From an uncultured Gammaproteobacteria bacterium (GTDB lineage Bacteria > Patescibacteriota > Patescibacteriia > Patescibacteriales > UBA12465), in NCBI GenBank assembly GCA_964470695.1, contig CAYYDR010000002.1, positions 72,401-136,400 on the forward strand: a DNA stretch of 64,000 nucleotides, in the 5' to 3' direction. Shown piece after piece: positions 1 to 10,696 of this stretch; the first letter of the stretch is position 1, and every line of letters starts with the position of its first letter. The notes under the pieces were generated by a model. The model was not told the DNA's origin. It searched no databases and saw only the letters and a program-made list of their open reading frames with translations. The translations under genes and the position numbers were made by a program.

Positions 1-207
1 AAATTTACCATCAATTATGTCGCCACGGCGGAAATGAGCGGCAATTTCAATCGGGTCTTCTTCTTCTGGGACTTGAATTGAGTGGGCGGGGATAAGTTTT
101 AAAAACTTATCTTTTTTCCCGTCGGGGAAAAGAACTAAAACATTATTGTAATTTCCGAGGTGGTTAAAGGTAGCATTTACAACTGTTACTTCATTGGTTG
201 ATGTCAT
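1..207 (-). CDS. hypothetical protein, 5' part only (ORF runs off the left edge)
   Basis: Reverse-strand ATG at 207-205, with GGAGG (+ coords 218-222) 10 nt upstream. Open to position 1 (MTSTNEVTVVNATFNHLGNYNNVLVLFPDGKKDKF...). No motif recognised. Confidence 0.4.
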   Translation of the reverse strand, partial: MTSTNEVTVVNATFNHLGNYNNVLVLFPDGKKDKFLKLIPAHSIQVPEEEDPIEIAAHFRRGDIIDGKF

Positions 208-394
208 CTTAACTAGGCCTCCTGCCTGGTTTAATTTGGGTTTTTGTTTTTTAAGAACGATGTTAGGAATTAATACTATATCATATATATATAATTTTGT
301 CAATAGATAACCTGATTAGCGAGGTAATGGTCTTTCTTATATAGGATGCTAGGGCTTTATCTTTTTTTAATGAACATTATTATATAATGTAATA

Positions 395-1267
395 ATGTTT
401 AAAATATTGCTAAAATTAAATAAAAAAATATTAAAAAGATGGGTATTTGCCGTGATAGCCTTGGGCCTGGTAATTGCTTATCTTATATATGTATATAGTA
501 GGCCGGCAGAATTAGAGGTTGATTTTTTAAATGTCGGGCAAGGTGATGCCGCCCTTATTAAAACGCCTTACGGACAGACAATCTTGATTGACGGCGGCCC
601 GGATAATAGGCTTTTGCGTCGTTTAGGGGAGAAATTACCTTATTATAAGCGCAAAATTGATTTTGTATTAATCAGCCATTACCATGATGATCACGTTATG
701 GGACTAGTGGAAGTAGCTAAAAGGTTTAAAATTGGCCAACTAATTTATGCTTCTAATTTAAAATCATCGCCGGCTATTCAAGAATTAGCTAAATATATTA
801 GTCGGAATATGGATAGGCCGGGCGTAGCGCCGAATTTTTCGGTAGATAAACAGGCGAGCTTATCACTGGGGGCTGATTGTAATTTAGAATTTCTTAATCC
901 CGTGATGCTTAAAATTAAATCCGATGATAATAATTCTTTGGTGGCCAAACTAAATTGTGCCGGGCAGAGTTTTCTGTTTACTGGTGATAATAGCGCTGCC
1001 GTTGAGAAAGCTCTCTTGAAGTCTGACTGGAAGGCGCAAGCCTCTGTTCTTAAGGCTTCTCATCATGGATCAAATAGCGCCAACACAGAAGATTTTTTAC
1101 GAGCTGTTAACCCTGGTTTATTAGTAATTTCCGTTGGATTGGATAATAAATTCGGCCACCCCCACCCTAAAGTAATAGACCGAGCGGGCATTCTTAGTAT
1201 ACCAATTAAGCAGACTAGCCAATCCGGAACTATAACTATTTTTAGCGTTAAAAAACCAATGAATTAA
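395..1267 (+). CDS. membrane-anchored ComEC-family metallo-beta-lactamase-fold domain protein (ComEC C-terminal domain only)
   Basis: N-terminal TM helix, then DFLNVGQGDAALI, HYHDDH (HxHxDH) and ASHHGS motifs typical of the ComEC/Rec2 lactamase_B domain. At 290 aa it has no competence-channel region. Confidence 0.75.
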   Translation: MFKILLKLNKKILKRWVFAVIALGLVIAYLIYVYSRPAELEVDFLNVGQGDAALIKTPYGQTILIDGGPDNRLLRRLGEKLPYYKRKIDFVLISHYHDDHVMGLVEVAKRFKIGQLIYASNLKSSPAIQELAKYISRNMDRPGVAPNFSVDKQASLSLGADCNLEFLNPVMLKIKSDDNNSLVAKLNCAGQSFLFTGDNSAAVEKALLKSDWKAQASVLKASHHGSNSANTEDFLRAVNPGLLVISVGLDNKFGHPHPKVIDRAGILSIPIKQTSQSGTITIFSVKKPMN

Positions 1268-1301
1268 GACTCTAGACGAGCTAATTTTAAATAATTATCG
1301 G

Positions 1302-1330
1302 TTGACCAAAGCAGTTTGATTTGTTATGAT
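1302..1330 (+). promoter_or_regulatory. sigma70-like promoter TTGACC-17-TATGAT
   Basis: TTGACC at 1302-1307, a 17-nt spacer, and TATGAT at 1325-1330. It lies 72 nt upstream of the 1402 ATG. Confidence 0.4.
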
Positions 1331-1401
1331 AATAGTAAGGTTTACTGACCTATTTTTATTGTTTAAGCTAGATAAGCCCGCATTTAACGGGGCGTAAAAA
1401 T

Positions 1402-2046
1402 ATGATTATTACTTGGCAAGGACATTCCTGTTTTAAAATTCAAGACAAGGCTGGTTCAGACGGCGTGACGGTTACAACCGACCCTTTTGATAAAGAAACT
1501 GGCCTAAAAGTTCCTAATTTTGAATCAGACATAGTAACAGTTTCCCATCAACACGGTGATCATAATAATGTCGGCGCTTTGCGCGGTCAGCCTTTTGTGA
1601 TTGATTGCGCCGGAGAATATGATTTTAAGGGAGTGCTTATTGAAGGAATTGACTCTTATCATGATGACAAAGAGGGAGCAGAAAGAGGCGGCAACATAAT
1701 TTATCGCATAGAAATAGATGATATTTCGGTCGTGCACTTGGGAGACTTGGGCCAAGTTTTGGATAATACGCAGTTAGAAAAATTGGCTGGCACCGATGTC
1801 TTATTAATCCCCGTGGGCGGTATACATACCTTAGATGCTAAGAAAGCAGTTGAAGTTATTTCTCAGATTGAGCCGCGCATAGTTATTCCTATGCACTATA
1901 AGCATAAGGATGTTAAGTTTGATTTAGAACCAGTAGATAAATTTATCAAAGAGCTTGGCCTAACTCCGACTTACGAAGAAAAATTAAAGATTTCCAAAAA
2001 AGATTTGCCGAGCGAAGATATGGAATTAGTAATATTAAGTTTTTAA
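1402..2046 (+). CDS. MBL-fold metal-dependent hydrolase (UPF0173-like)
   Basis: N-terminus MIITWQGHSCFKIQ, an SHQHGDH metal motif, and a size of about 214 aa typical of the family. Confidence 0.7.
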   Translation: MIITWQGHSCFKIQDKAGSDGVTVTTDPFDKETGLKVPNFESDIVTVSHQHGDHNNVGALRGQPFVIDCAGEYDFKGVLIEGIDSYHDDKEGAERGGNIIYRIEIDDISVVHLGDLGQVLDNTQLEKLAGTDVLLIPVGGIHTLDAKKAVEVISQIEPRIVIPMHYKHKDVKFDLEPVDKFIKELGLTPTYEEKLKISKKDLPSEDMELVILSF

Positions 2047-2081
2047 TAGATTCTTGCTAGGAGCGAGAACAAATAATTTTT

Positions 2082-2684
2082 ATGAATCACCCTAAACATG
2101 AAAGAACCTTTGTTATTTTAAAACCAGACGCTGTCCAGCGTGGTTTAATTGGCGAAATAATCAAACGCATAGAAAATACCGGACTTAAACTAGTCGCCTT
2201 GAAGATGGTTATGGCGACTGAAGCCCAGCTTTGGGAACATTATAAGAAGGATGAAGAATGGTTTACCAAGAAGGGGCAGCGGACTATTGAAGAACGCCAG
2301 GCCGCCGGCATGCCGGTTGAAAAAGAAGCTATGGAATATGGCAAAGACATCATCCGCGCCTTGGTTAAATTTATGAGCTGCGGCCCTATAGTCCCTATGG
2401 TTTGGGAAGGTAACCAAGCTGTCAGCATTGTTAAAAAAATAGTTGGCGGCACCGAACCCCTAACTTCTGATGGCGGAACTATTCGCGGCGATTATACTCT
2501 AGATTCTTATGAGTTATCTAGCGTTGATAATCGGGCGGTCCGCAATTTACTGCATTGTTCTGATCCAATCGCTGATGCCCAGCGGGAAATTCCTATTTGG
2601 TTCACGCCGGAAGAAATTTTGAAATATCGTTTGTTTGCGGAACAAATTTTATACGATGTTAATTTGGATGGGATCAAAGAGTAA
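2082..2684 (+). CDS. ndk: nucleoside diphosphate kinase (long form with internal insertion)
   Basis: ERTFVILKPDAVQRGLIGEIIKRIE..GLKLVALKM and an NLLHCSD catalytic His motif. At 200 aa it is longer than the usual ~140 aa. Confidence 0.85.
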   Translation: MNHPKHERTFVILKPDAVQRGLIGEIIKRIENTGLKLVALKMVMATEAQLWEHYKKDEEWFTKKGQRTIEERQAAGMPVEKEAMEYGKDIIRALVKFMSCGPIVPMVWEGNQAVSIVKKIVGGTEPLTSDGGTIRGDYTLDSYELSSVDNRAVRNLLHCSDPIADAQREIPIWFTPEEILKYRLFAEQILYDVNLDGIKE

Positions 2685-2713
2685 AACAATCCCATTAACC
2701 CCTGGTTAATATT

Positions 2714-3220
2714 ATGGATAAAGATACGCAAAAAAAAATATTCATAACTAAAGTCGCTATTGTTGTCTTTGTGATTGTTGTTGCGGCGGCTTGGTCGGCT
2801 AATCTAAAAAATGTCTGGCTGACAGAAGGACGGCTATCTTCTAATAAAAATGGCAATCAAGACTGGCTGGCTTTAAAGGGTGATTTAGAAAGAACTTTAG
2901 TTAATGTCCAAGATAGTTTAGCTAGCATAAAAGAAGCAGCTAATAAACAGGATATAGCCGATAAGAATGCTTTTTTGGGGGAGGTTCTAGACGGCGCTAA
3001 GCAGATAGCTTCTAGTACCGACAGCGCTACTTCCAGTCCGATTTTATCAGCTACTAGTTCTCCGGTTGCCTCTTCATCGCCTGTTAATAACGGCGCGGAG
3101 GCTCCAGTTCAGAAAAATAATCAATGTCCAGAATATATAAATTGTATGCCAACTATCGGCGAGGCTAGGCCTTGTCAGATACCAGTTGGTTGCGAAGGAA
3201 TAACGACCATCGCCTATTAA
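2714..3220 (+). CDS. hypothetical membrane-anchored protein with Ser-rich linker and Cys-containing C-terminus
   Basis: One N-terminal TM helix (IVVFVIVVAAAW), a low-complexity SSP region, and a C-terminal CPEYINC...CQIPVGC. Confidence 0.5.
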   Translation: MDKDTQKKIFITKVAIVVFVIVVAAAWSANLKNVWLTEGRLSSNKNGNQDWLALKGDLERTLVNVQDSLASIKEAANKQDIADKNAFLGEVLDGAKQIASSTDSATSSPILSATSSPVASSSPVNNGAEAPVQKNNQCPEYINCMPTIGEARPCQIPVGCEGITTIAY

Positions 3221-3241
3221 TAATTTCCAAGATTAATATTT

Positions 3242-5767
3242 ATGCCTAAGTCAGAGAAAAACAAACCGGAACAGAATTCAGAAGAAATGGCTAACCCGGC
3301 CGGAAATACCCGCCGCCAAACCGAGTACGGAATGGTAGAGGAACAACCTATCGTTGATGAGATGGGTCGCTCATATTTGGAATATGCTATGAGCGTCATT
3401 GTTTCACGCGCTCTGCCTGATGTCCGTGACGGTTTAAAACCAGTCCACCGTCGTATTTTATACGCGATGTGGAGCATTGGTTTAAAGGCTAACGCAAAAT
3501 TCCGTAAATCAGCGACGGTGGTCGGTGAAGTTTTAGGCAAATATCATCCCCATGGCGATAGCGCCGTCTATGAATCAATGGTTCGTATGGCTCAGGATTT
3601 TTCCATGCGTTATCAGTTGGTTCGCGGCCAGGGAAATTTTGGTTCCATGGATGGCGACAACGCGGCGGCCATGCGTTACACGGAAGCGAAGTTATCGGCC
3701 ATTGCCGAAGAAATGCTTTTTGATATTGATAAAGATACGGTTGATTTTATCCCTAATTATGATGGTAGCCATAAAGAGCCTCGTTTGCTGCCTTCAAAAT
3801 TACCAAACTTATTATTGAATGGTACGATGGGCATCGCTGTCGGCATGTCTACTAATATTCCGCCTCATAATCTTAAAGAATTAGCTGATGCTATTGATCA
3901 TTTAATTGTTAATCCCGATGCCAGTGTAGAAGATTTAATGCAGTTTGTGAAAGGGCCAGACTTCCCGACGGGCGGCATTATATATGATAAAAAAGAAATT
4001 TTAGCGGCCTACGCGACTGGTAAGGGTGGCGTCGTTATTCGCGGCCGAGCGGAAATAGAAGAAGAAAAAAATGGCGGTTTCCGTATTATTGTTTCGGAAA
4101 TTCCTTATCAGGTCAATAAAGCTGATTTAGTGGAAAAAATCGCTGATTTGGTTAAAGATAAAAAAATTGAAGGCATTAAAGCTTTGCGCGATGAGTCTGA
4201 TAAAGATGGCGTCCGTATTGTTATAGAGCTTAAGAAAGATTCTTATCCTAAGAAAATATTAAATAGTTTATACAAGCACACCTCTCTTCAGACAACCTTC
4301 CATCTTAATATGTTGGCGCTCGTAGACGGCATCCAACCTAAAGTCCTAACTTTGAAGATGATTTTGGAGGAATATATTAAGCATCGTCAAGAAGTGGTTA
4401 GACGCCGCACACTATTTGATTTAAATAAAGCTAAGGATAGAGCACATATTTTAGAAGGGTTGATGATTGCTTTAAAGCATATTGATGAAGTTATTAAGAC
4501 TATTAAGGCTTCTAAGGACAAGGAAATTGCTAAAGCTAATTTAATTAAGAAATTTAAATTGTCCGAACGCCAGGCCGTCGCTATTTTAGAGATGCGCTTG
4601 CAGAGTTTGGCTAATCTGGAGCAATTAAAGATAGAGGATGAGCTTAAGGAAAAGATGAAGCTTATTAAGGAATTAGAAGCAATTTTGAAATCAGTAGCTA
4701 GAATTAGAGCTATAGTTAAAGATGAATTAAAGGCTCTAGCTGATAAATTTGGCGATGAGCGCCGGACTCAGGTTGTTGTCCATGGTATTAAAGAATTCAG
4801 CATGGAAGATTTGGTCCCGAATGAAGAAACGGTTGTGATGATGACCCGCGACGGCTATATTAAACGTTTAGAGCCGGATACTTTTAAAGTCCAGGCGAGA
4901 GGCGGCAAGGGCGTTATGGGGTTAACGACCAAAGAGGAAGACATGGTTGAATTTATGTTTAGTACCCAGACTCATAATGATGTTTTATTCTTTACGACTA
5001 AAGGCCGCGCTTTCCAGTTAAAGGTTTATGAAATACCAACCGCTTCCCGCATTGCCAAGGGAACGCCAGTAGTTAATTTTTTGCAGCTTATCGGCGGCGA
5101 ACAAGTTTCTTCTATTCTGCCTTTAGATAAGGCGGTCTTCAGCAAATATCTTTTCTTTGCTACGGCTAGAGGGTTAGTTAAGAAAGTTGAGCTTAGCGCT
5201 TTTGCTAATGTCCGACGCAGCGGGTTAATTGCCATTAAACTTAAAGAGGATGATAAATTAATTTGGGTTAAGCCGACTTCTGGTAGTGATCAGATTCAGT
5301 TAGTGACTGCCAAGGGCCAAGCGATTAGATTTAAAGAAACTGATGTTAGAGATATGGGCCGCGGCGCGGCTGGAGTCCATGGTATCCGCCTGCATAAAGA
5401 CGATTTAGTAATTGGCATGGGTATTGCTAAGACCGATAAGGAAAGAAAACGCAATTATCAGATATTAACTATTATGGCCAATGGTTTCGGCAAGAGGACT
5501 GATTTTAGCTCTTATAAGATTCAGGGCCGAGGCGGGAGTGGAATTAAGACCGCTAAAGTAACCGATAAGACCGGCGATATTACTAATGCTTTCTTGGTCA
5601 ATGCTGATAACATGGAAGACAGAGACATTATTATCATTTCGGCTAACGGCCAGGTTATTAGAACTCCTTTTAAATCAATTAGCGTACTTGGCCGCGATAC
5701 TCAGGGCGTTAGAATAATGCGCTTTAAAGAGGATAGCGATGAGGTGGCCGGAGCCACTTGGGTCTAA
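3242..5767 (+). CDS. gyrA: DNA gyrase subunit A
   Basis: [27 protein letters not shown], an [11 protein letters not shown] active-site Tyr region, and C-terminal beta-pinwheel repeats. 841 aa. Confidence 0.95.
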   Translation: MPKSEKNKPEQNSEEMANPAGNTRRQTEYGMVEEQPIVDEMGRSYLEYAMSVIVSRALPDVRDGLKPVHRRILYAMWSIGLKANAKFRKSATVVGEVLGKYHPHGDSAVYESMVRMAQDFSMRYQLVRGQGNFGSMDGDNAAAMRYTEAKLSAIAEEMLFDIDKDTVDFIPNYDGSHKEPRLLPSKLPNLLLNGTMGIAVGMSTNIPPHNLKELADAIDHLIVNPDASVEDLMQFVKGPDFPTGGIIYDKKEILAAYATGKGGVVIRGRAEIEEEKNGGFRIIVSEIPYQVNKADLVEKIADLVKDKKIEGIKALRDESDKDGVRIVIELKKDSYPKKILNSLYKHTSLQTTFHLNMLALVDGIQPKVLTLKMILEEYIKHRQEVVRRRTLFDLNKAKDRAHILEGLMIALKHIDEVIKTIKASKDKEIAKANLIKKFKLSERQAVAILEMRLQSLANLEQLKIEDELKEKMKLIKELEAILKSVARIRAIVKDELKALADKFGDERRTQVVVHGIKEFSMEDLVPNEETVVMMTRDGYIKRLEPDTFKVQARGGKGVMGLTTKEEDMVEFMFSTQTHNDVLFFTTKGRAFQLKVYEIPTASRIAKGTPVVNFLQLIGGEQVSSILPLDKAVFSKYLFFATARGLVKKVELSAFANVRRSGLIAIKLKEDDKLIWVKPTSGSDQIQLVTAKGQAIRFKETDVRDMGRGAAGVHGIRLHKDDLVIGMGIAKTDKERKRNYQILTIMANGFGKRTDFSSYKIQGRGGSGIKTAKVTDKTGDITNAFLVNADNMEDRDIIIISANGQVIRTPFKSISVLGRDTQGVRIMRFKEDSDEVAGATWV

Positions 5768-5782
5768 ATTTAAATTAAATCT

Positions 5783-6229
5783 ATGCCTACTCCTAAAAAA
5801 TACTTGAAAGAATTTCAGGAATTTGCCGTTAAGGGGAATGTAGTTGATTTGGCGGTCGCGGTTATTATTGGCGGTGCTTTTGGAAAAATTGTTTCTTCGT
5901 TAGTGGCCGATATAATTATGCCACCGATTGGCGTTTTAATGGGCGGCATAAATTTTTCTGATATTAAAATTGTCCTTAAGAAGGCTACTACGGCGGCTGG
6001 CGGTCTAGTAACACCCGCTGTTTCTATTAATATCGGCGCTTTTTTACAAAATGTAATTGATTTCTTAATAGTGGCAGTAGCGATTTTCTTCATGGTTAAA
6101 TTAATCGGCCGGTTAAAGGATAAACTTAAGCCCTTAATTGCCGAAGAAGAGAAAAAAGAAGATGAGGTTAAGCCGCTTACCAAAGATCAGGAATTATTAA
6201 CGGAGATTAGGGATTTGTTGAAGAAATAG
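5783..6229 (+). CDS. mscL: large-conductance mechanosensitive channel
   Basis: [37 protein letters not shown] is the MscL hallmark. Two TM helices, 148 aa. Confidence 0.85.
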   Translation: MPTPKKYLKEFQEFAVKGNVVDLAVAVIIGGAFGKIVSSLVADIIMPPIGVLMGGINFSDIKIVLKKATTAAGGLVTPAVSINIGAFLQNVIDFLIVAVAIFFMVKLIGRLKDKLKPLIAEEEKKEDEVKPLTKDQELLTEIRDLLKK

Positions 6230-6278
6230 AAGCGACAATAGTTATTAGACTGGTTTTATTTTATTAAAAACTTCCTCA

Positions 6279-7418
6279 ATGGATAATAGTCTGATCACAT
6301 TTTTATTAGTAATATTAATTGCCGGGATACTCGCGGTAATTATTTTATTGTTACGCAAGAAAGAGGGCGGGAGCGAAAGAATGAGCGAACTGATTGAGAG
6401 GCTGGAGAGGCAAAATAATGAATCAGCTGAGCGCTCTATTCGCCAGTCAGAAAAATTAGCTCAATTGGCGCAACAGAATAGCGAGCTGCGCCAGGAGATG
6501 GATAGAAAATTATCAGAAACTCATCGGACTAACCAAGAACAATTTGGCCAGAATGCGAAAATCGTCCAGAATATTACCTCGCAGTCCGCTAAGTTAATTG
6601 CCGACGTTACCGAGAAGCTGACGAAGTTGGATGAAACTAATAAGCAGGTGGTTAATTTTTCTTCCCAGCTTCAAAATCTTCAGGATATTTTGAAAAATCC
6701 TAAGCAAAGAGGAATTTTGGGGGAATATTTCTTGGAAGAAACTTTAAAGAATGTTTTGCCGCCCAACTCTTATCAAATGCAGTATCCTTTTAAAGATGGT
6801 ACTATTGTAGACGCGGTAGTTTTTGTAAAAGACAAGATTATTCCGGTTGACGCTAAGTTTTCTCTAGAGACTTATGAGAAAATATTAAATACTAATGAGC
6901 CGGAAGCCCGCGCTAAATTAGAACAGCAGTTCAAGCAGGATTTGAAAAATAGAATTGACGAGACAGCTAAGTATGTAAAGCCAAGCGAGAAAACCATGGA
7001 ATTTGCTTTTATGTTTATTCCTTCAGAAGCAATTTATTATGATTTGCTCGTAAATAAAGTCGGGGCGGTTAAGGTTAATACCCGCGATCTCATTGAGTAT
7101 GCTTTCCGCGACAAGAAAGTAATTATTGTTTCGCCTACCTCCTTTTTAGCTTATTTACAGACTGTTTTACAGGGCCTTAAGGCGATGCAGATTGAAGAAA
7201 AGGCCAAAGAGATTAGGGCTAACATTGAAAAATTACAGAGGCATATGGGCAGTTATGACGAATTTATGAAGAAGCTGGGGGTGGCCATGTCTACCACAGT
7301 TAATCACTATAATAATGCTTACGCCGAATTTAAAAAGATAGATAAGGACGTGACAAAAATTACGGATAAAGAAAGCGATATTGAGGTTTTAAAGATAGAA
7401 AAGCCTAAGGCCAACTAA
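6279..7418 (+). CDS. rmuC: DNA recombination protein RmuC
   Basis: N-terminal TM, a long coiled coil, and a C-terminal RmuC-type region (FAFMFIPSEAIYYD, VIIVSPTSFLAYL). Confidence 0.8.
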   Translation: MDNSLITFLLVILIAGILAVIILLLRKKEGGSERMSELIERLERQNNESAERSIRQSEKLAQLAQQNSELRQEMDRKLSETHRTNQEQFGQNAKIVQNITSQSAKLIADVTEKLTKLDETNKQVVNFSSQLQNLQDILKNPKQRGILGEYFLEETLKNVLPPNSYQMQYPFKDGTIVDAVVFVKDKIIPVDAKFSLETYEKILNTNEPEARAKLEQQFKQDLKNRIDETAKYVKPSEKTMEFAFMFIPSEAIYYDLLVNKVGAVKVNTRDLIEYAFRDKKVIIVSPTSFLAYLQTVLQGLKAMQIEEKAKEIRANIEKLQRHMGSYDEFMKKLGVAMSTTVNHYNNAYAEFKKIDKDVTKITDKESDIEVLKIEKPKAN

Positions 7419-7422
7419 TCAG

Positions 7423-8307
7423 ATGCTAGCACCAGACGAAAAATTTGATAGTAATTTAAAAGAAGCAATCATTAGAGTGGTTGCTTTCTTTGATTTATTT
7501 GATTATCCGCTAACGGCTTTAGAAATTAGTGCGCATTTAGAATTTCGTTTTAGAGATGACCACCTTTTTAATAGTGTTCAGGATATTTTAGACGCCGATC
7601 AAAATATTTGGCAGCAGGCTGAGGGATTTTATTTTTTGTCTGGCCGAGAGGAGATAATTATAACTAGGCAAAGCCGCTATAATTACTCGGCGCGTAAACT
7701 AAAAATCGCCAGACGTTTTGCTAGAGTTTTTAGTTGGTTGCCGAGCGTTAGATTAATCGCGCTAGCTAATTCAATCGGTTTTTATAATTTGCGTGATGGG
7801 AGCGATATTGATTTTTTTATTATTACTGAGCCGGGAAAGATTTGGCTCAGCCGTTTATATTGCACGGGGCTAGCTAAATTATTAAATAGCCGGCCAACCG
7901 CTAAAAACAAACGGGATAAGATATGTCTGAGTTTTTATATTTCGTCTGATTATTTAAATTTAAGCAGCCTGCGTTTGCCCGGTAAAGACCCCTATTTTGA
8001 TTATTGGCTCAGCGGCCTGATTTTGTTGTATAATAAAAAGGACACTTATAATTTGTTTTTATCAGCTAATGAGACAGAGAGCGGCCGGATATCTCCCGTA
8101 GTTAATTCCCGCCCGTTGCCCCCTGGCTTATTGGAAAGAATAGCTAAAACTATACAGCTTAAAATAATGCCGCCTGAACTTAAGGCGGCCATGAATAATT
8201 CCGATGGTGTAGTGGTTAGTGATCAGGTCCTAAAATTTTATCAATCTGACCGTCGCCGCGAAATATCAGAAAAATATGAAAAAAAAGTTCGCCTTATCTT
8301 GGCTTAA
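7423..8307 (+). CDS. hypothetical protein (possible nucleotidyltransferase-fold motif GSDIDFFII)
   Basis: Long intact ORF. Only the weak motif LRDGSDIDFFIIT was recognised. Confidence 0.5.
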   Translation: MLAPDEKFDSNLKEAIIRVVAFFDLFDYPLTALEISAHLEFRFRDDHLFNSVQDILDADQNIWQQAEGFYFLSGREEIIITRQSRYNYSARKLKIARRFARVFSWLPSVRLIALANSIGFYNLRDGSDIDFFIITEPGKIWLSRLYCTGLAKLLNSRPTAKNKRDKICLSFYISSDYLNLSSLRLPGKDPYFDYWLSGLILLYNKKDTYNLFLSANETESGRISPVVNSRPLPPGLLERIAKTIQLKIMPPELKAAMNNSDGVVVSDQVLKFYQSDRRREISEKYEKKVRLILA

Positions 8308-9577
8308 AATAATAGAATATCTATTTTATATTTTTGTCTTTTCTTTGCCTTGGCAGACAAAACTAATTTTGCGTCCATCCGCGACTAGTTTTAATGAGAT
8401 AAGTTTATATGTGAGCCAGGTAATTCTTCTTTTTGTTTTGGTCGCTTTTTTTGCCTATAAATTTCGGCAGCGCTCGGTGACGGAAAAAATATCAGCCCTA
8501 TGGATTTCTTTGGCTGGTTTGGAAATTTGTGTTTTAGCTTCATTTTTTTGGGCGCCTGATCAGATTTTAGCCTTTTATCATTATATTTTATGGTTAGCGG
8601 CGATTGGTTTATTCTATTTATTGCGTGAGGGTATTGCCGCCTCAGAATATGACGAAGGAATGCTTAATAAGACCAAAGTAATTTTTGTTTTCTTAAGCAG
8701 CTTATTCTTTCAGGCTGGTTTAGCGGTTTATCAATTTTTAACTCAGAGCACCCCGGTCAATAAATATCTGGGCTTAGCGGCCCACCAGGCTGATGTCGCC
8801 GGCACCTCGGTTATTGAAGCCGCTTCGGGGCGCTGGCTCCGCGCTTATGGCGGCATGGATCACCCTAATGTTTTTGGCGGAGTTTTGGTAATTGCCCTTA
8901 TTATCACCGCCTACCTGTTGGCGCGTAAAAAGATTTTGTCATCACGGCTAGAAATAGCTGAATCTATTTTTCTCTTTGTTTTTTATTTTATTGCCCTGTT
9001 TGCCTTATTTTTTACTTTCTCTAGAGCAGCCTGGTTAGCCTTTAGTCTCAGCTCTTTATTATTGTTTATATATTTTTTAATTCAGAAGGACCGCTGGATA
9101 ATTGGTCGCTTCTTAGCCCTGGTCTTCTTTTCGTTAGTGATGCTTTTCATCGCCGCCGCGCCCTATCGGGATTTATGCCAGGCGAGAATAAGCGGGGAAT
9201 CGCGTTTAGAAAAAAAATCTATTGAAGATAGGCGGCTTTATTTATCGGAATCAACCGATGTAATTAAGAAGAACTGGCTACTGGGAGTAGGGATAGGTAA
9301 TTATCCTAGCGCCTTAGAACAAGGAGGCGCGGAGAAAAAGGCTATTTGGGATTATCAGCCGGTTCATAATGTTTTTTTACTGCTTTGGTCAGAGAGCGGA
9401 ATACTAGCCCTGATATTTTTTGTGAGTTTTCTAATTCTTCTTATAAAAAAAGACCGTCGGACGGCCTTCGCGGGCATATTTTTAACAGCTTTAATAATCT
9501 TAATGCTTTTTGATCACTGGTTGATTAGTCTACCTTTCGGGATTATTTTTCTATTTTTAGTTTTAGGGTTAGTTTGA
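8276..9577 (+). CDS. O-antigen ligase-like (Wzy_C family) polytopic membrane protein
   Basis: At least 10 predicted TM helices and a central loop RAYGGMDHPNVFGG...FSRAAWLAF typical of O-antigen ligase/Wzy_C proteins. Ends in TGA. Confidence 0.65.
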   Translation: MKKKFALSWLKIIEYLFYIFVFSLPWQTKLILRPSATSFNEISLYVSQVILLFVLVAFFAYKFRQRSVTEKISALWISLAGLEICVLASFFWAPDQILAFYHYILWLAAIGLFYLLREGIAASEYDEGMLNKTKVIFVFLSSLFFQAGLAVYQFLTQSTPVNKYLGLAAHQADVAGTSVIEAASGRWLRAYGGMDHPNVFGGVLVIALIITAYLLARKKILSSRLEIAESIFLFVFYFIALFALFFTFSRAAWLAFSLSSLLLFIYFLIQKDRWIIGRFLALVFFSLVMLFIAAAPYRDLCQARISGESRLEKKSIEDRRLYLSESTDVIKKNWLLGVGIGNYPSALEQGGAEKKAIWDYQPVHNVFLLLWSESGILALIFFVSFLILLIKKDRRTAFAGIFLTALIILMLFDHWLISLPFGIIFLFLVLGLV

Positions 9578-9840
9578 GGTTTAGCCTTTTTAGATGGCTG
9601 GGATTTAATAGAAATCTGGTAATTTTTTTGGAGAAACAGCAAATCACTTTCTAGATTTTTCAAAGTTTTTAGCAAACGGGCGCCGTTAGGGCGCTCGTTT
9701 TTTTTGATATCTTGCTCCAGCAAGGAAAGAATGGTTGCCAAGGTGCCAAAATAATCATCACTGGCGACATGAAATTTTACGCTGGCTTCATCTTTTACTA
9801 ATCGCGTGCGACCAGAAATTTTATATTTTTTTAACATCAA
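9514..9840 (-). CDS. hypothetical small basic protein
   Basis: A 108-aa ORF fills an otherwise empty 280-nt gap. Its Lys-rich tail overlaps the convergent 8276-9577 ORF by 64 nt. No motif recognised. Confidence 0.4.
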   Translation of the reverse strand: MMLKKYKISGRTRLVKDEASVKFHVASDDYFGTLATILSLLEQDIKKNERPNGARLLKTLKNLESDLLFLQKNYQISIKSQPSKKAKPQTNPKTKNRKIIPKGRLINQ

Positions 9841-9855
9841 AAGAAAAACTAATAG

Positions 9856-10572
9856 TTAAATTATGCTGGCAAATTTATTTTTGCCGATGATAAGATGATC
9901 CAGGACTTCAATATCTAAGATATTACCCGCTTCAATCAGTTTATTGGTAATTTCTACATCAGCTTTAGTGGCTTTTAATACTCCTGAAGGATGATTATGG
10001 GCGATAATGAGAGCGGCAGCGGAATATTCTAGGGCTGGCCTAAAGACTTCACGCGGCTGAACCAGAGAGGCATCAAGAGTGCCAATAGATATTACTTCAT
10101 CATGGATAAGCTGGTAATGGGTATTGAGATATAGGCCGCGGAACTGCTCCTTATTTAAATTACCCATGTCTTTTAAGTAGTTAAAGGCTTGAGCGGCGGT
10201 ACGGATAGTAATGGAGCCGCCTGGTTTTTTCTGATAGAAGCGGCGGCCTAGTTCAAAGCAGGCGACTATTTGGCAGGCTTTAGCACTAGGAATTTTTAAA
10301 TCCTTTTCAATTATTAGGGGATCTTTTTGGTAAGCAATGCCTTTTTCGCCATATTCGCGTAGCAGCCGGCTAGCCATAGAAAAAACTTCTTCTTTTTTAG
10401 TGCCGACACCAAGTACGACTGACAATAGTTCCGCCGAACTCAGGGCGCCAATGCCATCACGAAGTATTTTTTCGCGGGGCCTTTCTTCGTCGGGCCTATC
10501 TTTAACTTTAAGAATCTGATATTTTTTACCATGATTTAGGACAAAATTGCGGTCGCTGATTTTATAAGGCAT
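9856..10572 (-). CDS. radC: RadC-family JAMM domain protein
   Basis: An N-terminal helix-hairpin-helix-like region (LSSAELLSVVLGVGTK) and a C-terminal HNHPSG JAMM motif. Confidence 0.85.
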   Translation of the reverse strand: MPYKISDRNFVLNHGKKYQILKVKDRPDEERPREKILRDGIGALSSAELLSVVLGVGTKKEEVFSMASRLLREYGEKGIAYQKDPLIIEKDLKIPSAKACQIVACFELGRRFYQKKPGGSITIRTAAQAFNYLKDMGNLNKEQFRGLYLNTHYQLIHDEVISIGTLDASLVQPREVFRPALEYSAAALIIAHNHPSGVLKATKADVEITNKLIEAGNILDIEVLDHLIIGKNKFASII

Positions 10573-10696
10573 AAATTTATTTAATAGAATATTTAAATAT
10601 ATTGGGCTAAATAGCCATTTTGCTTTAAATTATATCATATGTATGATAAATTTAAACGGTACCCTTTATTATTAAGCGATTATTGATGGTAAATAT

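Noticed and set aside
9514-9577. 64-nt convergent overlap between the O-antigen-ligase-like ORF and the 108-aa minus-strand ORF, considered as a possible antisense regulatory arrangement.
   Set aside because: The small ORF is unverified, and its Lys-rich tail may be non-coding. The evidence is not enough to claim function.
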